A DNA stretch of 63,648 bases, counting the filler, from Reclinomonas americana ATCC 50394 (taxonomy: Eukaryota), in the NCBI GenBank assembly GCA_048213135.1. It is 5 parts of 4 records of this genome, joined end to end, with 100 filler letters (N's around TTAATTAATTAA, not from the genome) between each part and the next. Parts side by side here need not be neighbours in the genome. Positions count along the whole stretch, not along the records: positions 56,193 to 60,659 come from PS015015.1; positions 60,760 to 63,648 come from PS015017.1; 3 more parts are not named here. The stretch is one strand, 5' to 3'. The translations under genes were made by a program, and so were the position numbers. Positions 56,208 through 63,648 of this stretch are shown here, in pieces. Position 1 is the stretch's first letter. Each line of letters begins with the position of its first letter. The notes under the pieces are model-generated. The model was not told the origin of the DNA. It searched no databases and saw only the letters and a list, made by a program, of their open reading frames with translations.

Positions 56208-57649
56208 GTGTTGCAGGATCGAAGATTCAAGGTGCGCGATGTGTTGATGTTGTTGCATTTCCAATAATCGCTGCTCACATTTTTTCCCCGCATGATCAGA
56301 ACCGCGAATTGCAGATTATGCGAGTGCTGCGCCACCCTTGTGTGGTCGGCATGCGGCACTGCTTCTTCTCTAGTGGCGAGAGGGTGTGTGTGTGTGTGTG
56401 TGTGTGTGTTTTACGCGTCAAGATGCCGCTGTTGATGGCCTGGTGTCTCATGCGGTTGTTGTGCAGCCCGAGGAGATCTACTTGAACTTGGTTCTCGAGT
56501 ACATGCCCGACACAGTCTACCGCTTCACCAGGTCCTACTACAAGAGCCGCTCCGAGGTGCCGATGATCTACGTCAAGGTTACTTGCGCTCTCCCCAACTC
56601 CTTGTTCGCCGCTGCTGCTGACACACGCATCGGCAGCTGTTTGTCTTCCAATTGGCACGAGCGTTGGTGTACATTCATGGGCAGGGCATCTGCCACCGCG
56701 ACATCAAGCCACAAAATCTGCTCATTGATCCCTCCACTGGCACACTCAAACTGTGCGACTTTGGCTCCGCCAAGCAACTCATTCGAGGCGAACCCAACGT
56801 CGCCTACATTTGCTCACGGTATTACCGCGCCCCGGAGCTCATCTTTGGCGCCGTCGATTACACGCCCGCCATTGGTGCGTGGGCTGTCGCTTGCTTATCC
56901 CTCTCCTTTCTTTTTCTCGCTGCTCACTTTACGCGTGCGTGCAGATGTGTGGTCAGTCGGTTGCGTCTTTGCTGAGCTGCTGCTGGGTCGACCACTGTTT
57001 TGTGGCGAGACCAGCGTGGACCAGTTGGTCGAGATCATCAAGGTCTGGCTTACGCACCGCCTCTTTGTGTGTGTGTGCTGTATGGGTGAGTTACGCTGAA
57101 TTCATGCGTTCCTTGTGCGACACAGATCTTGGGCACGCCGACGCCCGAAGAAATCATGTGCATGAACCCCAATTACACCGAATTCAAGTTCCCCAATGTG
57201 CGGGGGCACTCATGGAGCCGCGTGTTCCAGAGGTCAAATGTGCCACCAGAGGCACTGGACCTGGTCTCAAAAGTTCTCAATTACTCGCCGGAACAGCGGT
57301 TCAAGCCGCAAGAAGTATGCACACTATTGTTGTGTGTGTGTGTGTGTCGGCGCCTCGCGTCCACTGTTACTCACCGTCTACTGCAGATCCTCGTGCACCC
57401 CTTCTTTGACGAGCTGCGGGAGCCGGCGGCCACTCTTCCCGATGGACACCCCCTCCCCGACCTCTTGTTTGCATTCACCGAAGACGGTGCGTCCAGTGCT
57501 CTCCTCTATTTGCTAAATCTTCGCGTGCTTACGCATCTCCGCTCTTTGTCGCTCGTCGCGCAGAATTGTCGCACTGTGGTAGTGACATTAGGGCACACCT
57601 CGAATCAGCACCCTCATTCCGCGTGATCGCCGCGTATCCAAGTCCGTGA
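56208..57649 (+). CDS. GSK3: Glycogen synthase kinase-3/shaggy kinase, 5' partial
   Basis: [80 protein letters not shown]. Confidence 0.97.
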
Positions 57650-58808
57650 AAATAGCGTAGTGATTTCCGGATCTCTCTTCTTTTCTCACTGTCTTTCTGT
57701 ATCTTATTCCTACTGGTTCGTTCCTCTTGACTTCCTGTGCTCTACTGTGCCTCTATGTGTGTGTCTCTCTCTCAGCGTGGTGCCGAACACTGCTTGCATG
57801 TCATGTGTGTGTACTTGTCACCTTGATCCAGACTCTCTCTCTCTCTCTCACTCGTGGTTGCGGTGCAATTGCCGACCACTGTGTGAGCAGAGGGAAGAGT
57901 CGGCAAGTGTGTTTCACCATCATGTATAAGAGTGTGTGCGTGTGTATGTGCTTTTTTGCTGCTGCCGCTACTGGTGCGACCTACATCAGCTTCGTAGTGC
58001 GGCTCATCTGTTGCCGTGGTGCGTGTCGGTCTGTTATCGTGTGGGGATATTGTTGGAGTGGAAGATTTTCTCGTTGTCAACGTATTAAACAAAATTCTCG
58101 GCGTATGTGCAACTGAATGAATGCACGTTCTGTGTTTTTCTTCACTAGTTCTTGAGTTGTGGACACTCGGTAAGGTCCCACTCTCCTATCTTTTTCCAAG
58201 NNNNNNNNNNNNNNNNNNNNNNNNNNNNNNNNNNNNNNNNNNNNNNNNNNNNNNNNNNNNNNNNNNNNNNNNNNNNNNNNNNNNNNNNNNNNNNNNNNNN
58301 NNNNNNNNNNNNNNNNNNNNNNNNNNNNNNNNNNNNNNNNNNNNNNNNNNNNNNNNNNNNNNNNNNNNNNNNNNNNNNNNNNNNNNNNNNNNNNNNNNNN
58401 NNNNNNNNNNNNNNNNNNNNNNNNNNNNNNNNNNNNNNNNNNNNNNNNNNNNNNNNNNNNNNNNNNNNNNNNNNNNNNNNNNNNNNNNNNNNNNNNNNNN
58501 NNNNNNNNNNNNNNNNNNNNNNNNNNNNNNNNNNNNNNNNNNNNNNNNNNNNNNNNNNNNNNNNNNNNNNNNNNNNNNNNNNNNNNNNNNNNNNNNNNNN
58601 NNNNNNNNNNNNNNNNNNNNNNNNNNNNNNNNNNNNNNNNNNNNNNNNNNNNNNNNNNNNNNNNNNNNNNNNNNNNNNNNNNNNNNNNNNNNNNNNNNNN
58701 NNNNNNNNNNNNNNNNNNNNNNNNNNNNNNNNNNNNNNNNNNNNNNNNNNNNNNNNNNNNNNNNNNNNNNNNNNNNNNNNNNNNNNNNNNNNNNNNNNNN
58801 NNNNNNNN

Positions 58809-60538
58809 TGCTGCTGCTGCTGCTGCTGCGGCTTGTGCGGCGGTGACCGGACGTACTCGTTGCGCGCAGCCATTGTTGTCGGCGACGCAGAACGCACCTA
58901 CATCATGTAGACGATGAGCAAACAAGACAAAAGGAAGAGAATATGAATGTCTCCCTGCTCACCTCCGGCTGAACCGTCTGCAAGAATCCACTATCCGCCG
59001 CCCACTTTACAGTCGACTCCGCAGCCGACTGCAGCACTGTTCGACTCTGCGTATCCTCAACGGATGACGGCTGATTCTGCAAGTGTGAGCGCACTCACGA
59101 GAGAAACAGGGCACGGAAAAGGCGACAATGATGCAAACCTGACTCTGCGGCGCAGTGATCGGCGGCGGACGATGGCGATCGTGGGGTGCCACTGGCGCAT
59201 ACGAAATGTCAGCGACGTTTGGCATCGATAGTCATGGAGACGGAAATCGGCATACCTTCTTGCGCTGAGAACGCGGGTTGCTGTGGCGCGGATCCTCGAC
59301 GATCTGCACGTACCGAATGAGAAAATAACGCCAAGAACAGATTGCACATGCTCACAAGTGTGTACACACCGCCGTGTGGGGTCACTAACGGAGCGTAAGG
59401 CAGACCGTCAGCAGGATCGCGTTGTTGCTGCTGGCGATGATGAAGCTGTTGTTGTTGCTGCTGCTGCTGGTACTGCTGCTGCTGCTGGTGCTGTTGTTGG
59501 TGCTGTTGCTGCTGTTGTTGTTGTTGCTGTTGCTGTTGGTGCTGCAGCTGCTGATGGTGTTGTTGTTGTTGTTGATGGTGATGCAGCTGTGCTTGGGCGA
59601 GCTGGAACTGCTGCACTTGCGCAAAGTGTTGCGCAGCAGATGGTGCATCAGAACCGTCTCCACCACGAGTGCCGGCTGCGGAATGAGGGTCACCAGCCGG
59701 CTGCGGCATGACACCCGGATGCGGCGGCATCATTGGCGGCATGAAGAAAGGATACGGGAACATGCCTGCGGGGCGGAAGTGAAAGTCAATAAGCCACATA
59801 GGCACTTGAAGCATGCACATGCCAACACTCGCACGTACCAGGCACAGGTGGAGGACCCATGTACATGTAGGGGTGAGGAGGCAAGGCGTACATCTGCGGC
59901 GGCATGCCAACTGGGTGCGGTGGGAGCACACGCACAGCGTCGCCCGCCGACACCTCATCATGCTGCCCTGGTGCTGGCGGCACTGCCGATTGCTGTGGCG
60001 GCTGCGCCACGTGCTGCGAATCCACCGCCGAGACGCTCGACATGGGCGGACTGGCTGACTTCGGCGCCGCCTCCTCGATCTTCACAGCTTCCTCCTCCTC
60101 CTCCTCCACCTTCTGCTCCTGCTCCTGCTGCACAGCGGCCGCTGCCTCAGCGACAACCGAATCCGGTGCCGTGCTCTCCGCCACAACGACCTCGGCACTG
60201 GGTGCCACCAACTCCTCTGGATCCACCTGCACTGCCACGGTCGTGACAGGCGAGGTGACGACACCAAAGAGGATCGGCTCGTCGTCAGCATCGCCATCGA
60301 CCAGCATCACCAGCGGCGACGAGGGACTATCCGCGGCAGCTGCAGTGCCCTTGTCCTTTCTGCCGCGACGCGAGTGGCGACCACCACCTCGAGGACGCAA
60401 ACTAACCGGTGTGCCTTCGACCTCGGGTGCGGAATCGACCACGGCGACGGTAGCGGACTCGGGCGCCTCTCCACTCGCCTCTGTCGCCGCATCGATGGCC
60501 GTGGTGGCGGCTGCGGATGGCGCCTCCTCGCCAGCAGC
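58809..60538 (-). CDS. Hypothetical low-complexity protein (Ala/Glu, Pro/Met/Tyr and poly-Gln tracts); partial at both ends
   Basis: Several phase-compatible exons; poly-Q at 59430-59580; no domain recognised. Confidence 0.5.
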
Positions 60539-60543
60539 CTGAT

Positions 60544-60649
<106 letters not shown>

Positions 60650-60659
60650 ACGAACGAAC

Positions 60660-60759
60660 NNNNNNNNNNNNNNNNNNNNNNNNNNNNNNNNNNNNNNNNN
60701 NNNTTAATTAATTAANNNNNNNNNNNNNNNNNNNNNNNNNNNNNNNNNNNNNNNNNNNN
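60660..60759. other. Artificial scaffold spacer
   Basis: N44-TTAATTAATTAA-N44. Confidence 0.97.
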
Positions 60760-61104
60760 AGGGGGGCAAGACACGGTGCCGGCGGCGACGGCCGGGTAGT
60801 TCTTGCAGTTGTAGTAGCACGAGCAGGTCAGGTCAGACTGGCAGAAACCGTTGCTGTTGCAGGCGCCCGGAGCATTGGTGCACACGCCGACCGCCGGCCA
60901 CACCGCGGGGAAGGGAGACACGTCGCAGTTGGCACCCGAGTAGTAGCCGCAGCAGTTGCCATTGGTCAGGTTCGCAGTGCCGGGCGGGCAGCCGACAGTG
61001 CCGGCCTTGACGACGGCGTAGTTCTTGCAGGTGTAGTTGCAGCTGTTGGCCAGCGCGACCGCCACACACAGAGAGAGGACAGCGATGAAGAGGGTCTTGG
61101 ACAT
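60760..61104 (-). CDS. Secreted Cys-rich repeat protein, copy A (3' partial)
   Basis: Signal peptide MSKTLFIAVLSLCVAVALA; internal repeat SCxYxCKNYxxVxAGTVxCPP occurs twice, about 74 aa apart; no intron in the visible CDS. Confidence 0.8.
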
Positions 61105-62169
61105 TTTTCTAATTCTACGAGAGAGAAAGGAGGGTTGTTGGGGACTTGTTTTTCTATGCTCACGGGGGAGACGAACTGTAGGTGTGAATGAAGCTGACGC
61201 CGCCAAAAAACTTTTATCAATTCTTCCGATGCGATCATAATATGTCCACAAGTCCAGATGTACATGTGTTTCTCCGTTGTCGAAGAGCTGCTGGCCGTAG
61301 ACGCAGCTCTCGCTGCGCTCGACTACAGTGCATGCCAGTGTAGGGCAGTGCGTCTTTGGATGCTCGTCTACCCGGTCGGGCAGCAGTTGCGCACAGCAGA
61401 TTCAGAGATTCTGCGTCTCTCTCGCGGTCTGCATTCTCGCAAACCGTACACTTGCAGTATTGGTTTCTTAACAGGTGGCTGGCCGACGAAGGATGTGGCA
61501 GTGAGCGAGTGCCACGAGTGAGCATGTCGCGACTGATGAAGCGTTGCCTTGGTGTGTGTGGGAGTGGTGTGATTACAGTGGGGCGTGTTCGCTGCGGTTC
61601 GTTTCTGCTTCGAACATTGCTGGTGTGGGAACAAACAACACATTCATTCACCAACAAACAAGCAACAGCTGTCTTGATGACCAAGTTCAACCACATCCAA
61701 AACATCAACACAAACACCAATGTTGAGGCAGCAGCAGGTTCCTTGTGCGTCCGAACACGTCGAGAACTGCGAACTTCACCGCATCAGCGTGGTTGACCAG
61801 TGGATTTGACGCANNNNNNNNNNNNNNNNNNNNNNNNNNNNNNNNNNNNNNNNNNNNNNNNNNNNNNNNNNNNNNNNNNNNNNNNNNNNNNNNNNNNNNN
61901 NNNNNNNNNNNNNNNNNNNNNNNNNNNNNNNNNNNNNNNNNNNNNNNNNNNNNNNNNNNNNNNNNNNNNNNNNNNNNNNNNNNNNNNNNNNNNNNNNNNN
62001 NNNNNNNNNNNNNNNNNNNNNNNNNNNNNNNNNNNNNNNNNNNNNNNNNNNNNNNNNNNNNNNNNNNNNNNNNNNNNNNNNNNNNNNNNNNNNNNNNNNN
62101 NNNNNNNNNNNNNNNNNNNNNNNNNNNNNNNNNNNNNNNNNNNNNNNNNNNNNNNNNNNNNNNNNNNNN

Positions 62170-62284
62170 AGCCGACAGTGCCGGCCTTGACGACGTCGTA
62201 GTTCTTGCAGGTGTAGTTGCAGCTGTTGGCCAGCGCGACCGCCACACACAGAGAGAGGACAGCGATGAAGAGGGTCTTGGACAT
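62170..62284 (-). CDS. Secreted Cys-rich repeat protein, copy B (3' part in gap)
   Basis: Near-identical to copy A (one visible change, NYAVV to NYDVV), including the upstream sequence. Confidence 0.8.
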
Positions 62285-62929
62285 TTTTCTAATTCTACGA
62301 GAGAGAAAGGAGGGTTGTTGGGGGCTTGTTTTTCTACGCTCACGGGGGAGACGAAACTGTAGGATGCTTTCTGATGTGGCAGGTGTCGCCTTTTATGCTC
62401 CGGCGTGCCCGGGATAATCACACGCGCCCCTCCGCCTTGACGGAAGAACATTCACAGTTAATATTCCGCGATTGCTGACCGTAGTCGCAGCTCTCGCGCG
62501 CGGCGCTCGACTACGATGATAGTGTAGGGCACTGCATACGCATGTCTTCTGAGTCTTTGGCATGGTCGTCGTCCACCGGGCTGTGGCCACCCACGTGCAC
62601 GTGCACGGTCGGGCAGTAGTTGTCATGCAGATTCAGAGATTCTGCGTCTGAAATCTCACAAACCGCACGCGTACAGTATTGGTTTCGGTGCCGGTGGCTG
62701 ACCGAAGAAGGGGGTGGCAGTGAGAGAGTGCCACGAGTGAGCATGTCGCGACTCATTTGTGTGTGGGAGTGGTGTGATGACAGTGGAGCGTGTTCGGTTC
62801 GGAGGATTTGTCAGGCATCCAGTTGTCATTGTGAGTGCGTGCAGTTGTCTTCTAGATGTGTGTTATTCTTCATTCATTAATGATTCTGTCTATATATGAT
62901 TACATAGATCTCGCACGCGCTTGGTGGTG

Positions 62930-63648
62930 GTGCGCGTGCGGTGTTCGTGTAGTGCTCGTTATGATCGCGCGCTCCCCGAGTTCCTCACGGGCGACGTGGC
63001 AGGTGGCTCGTCGGCAGTCCTGGGCCGGTCTCGTTGCGATCGCTGGCACGCATGTAGCGCGCCGGTGCCGCAGCACCACGTGGCGGCGGAACAGGCGGCT
63101 TCGGTCGTCCAAACTGCGGTGCGCCGCTGGCACCACCATTCTCCTCGATCGCCGACATCGCCGCCGTCGCCGGCACGTGCATCGGCAGCAACGCCGGTGG
63201 NNNNNNNNNNNNNNNNNNNNNNNNNNNNNNNNNNNNNNNNNNNNNNNNNNNNNNNNNNNNNNNNNNNNNNNNNNNNNNNNNNNNNNNNNNNNNNNNNNNN
63301 NTGCAGCGGTCGGGCACGATGACGGCGAGCCGCCGGGCCGTGTTCGACTCGCTGCGCGCGGTGCAGGTCACGATGACGAAGACGACGACCGTCACCACCA
63401 CCACCACCACCACCACGGCAGCGGCCGGCACTGGTGGTAGGTCGACGGCGAAGACGGTGGAGGAGAAGACGACAACGGAGGTCATCACCAAGCCGAAGCA
63501 CGTGGTGATGATGCCTGCGCATGCGGCGGCTGCTGCGCGTGGGGCTGTGGGCGATCGCGTGCCACGTGCTCCTCTGCCGAGCGGCGGGTCTGTGCGTGCC
63601 GCGGCACCGGTGGCCATGGCCGCAGCTGGCGCGCGCGAGCGATCGGCT
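62930..63648 (+). CDS. Possible low-complexity protein fragment with IQ-like motif
   Basis: Open GC-rich frames 'EQAASVVQTAVRRW' and Thr-rich 'TMTKTTTVTTTTTTTT'; boundaries unclear. Confidence 0.3.

Overview
Eukaryotic, GC-rich, intron-dense (mostly 60-120 nt introns) draft genome of a probably flagellated protist, read with the standard genetic code. The window is five scaffolds joined by artificial N44-TTAATTAATTAA-N44 spacers, with many internal gaps. I hand-spliced about 27 tightly packed genes. They include a TIG/IPT-like repeat membrane protein, an LRR protein, a BTB-pentapeptide protein, a degenerate PARP-fold protein, a WW/SAH protein, a GT77-type glycosyltransferase, HIU hydrolase, MINDY deubiquitinase, a NEK1-like tail, two RRM proteins, Pin1, two tandem secreted TIG plus 3x H-type-lectin proteins, aspartate aminotransferase, SF-assemblin, BolA, DLD, GSK3 and duplicated Cys-rich secreted proteins. 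The most striking biology is the splicing. (1) A three-layer nested intron in the MINDY gene, where each excision rebuilds the next GT donor (a double [D1,2] stwintron). (2) A very abundant second donor class, GTTGCGT (the usual GTGCGT with an extra T), used almost only when the exon does not end in G. (3) Micro-exons of 4-7 nt. Four gap-bounded contigs are inverted relative to their genes, most likely scaffolding errors. All gene models are manual inferences without transcript data.
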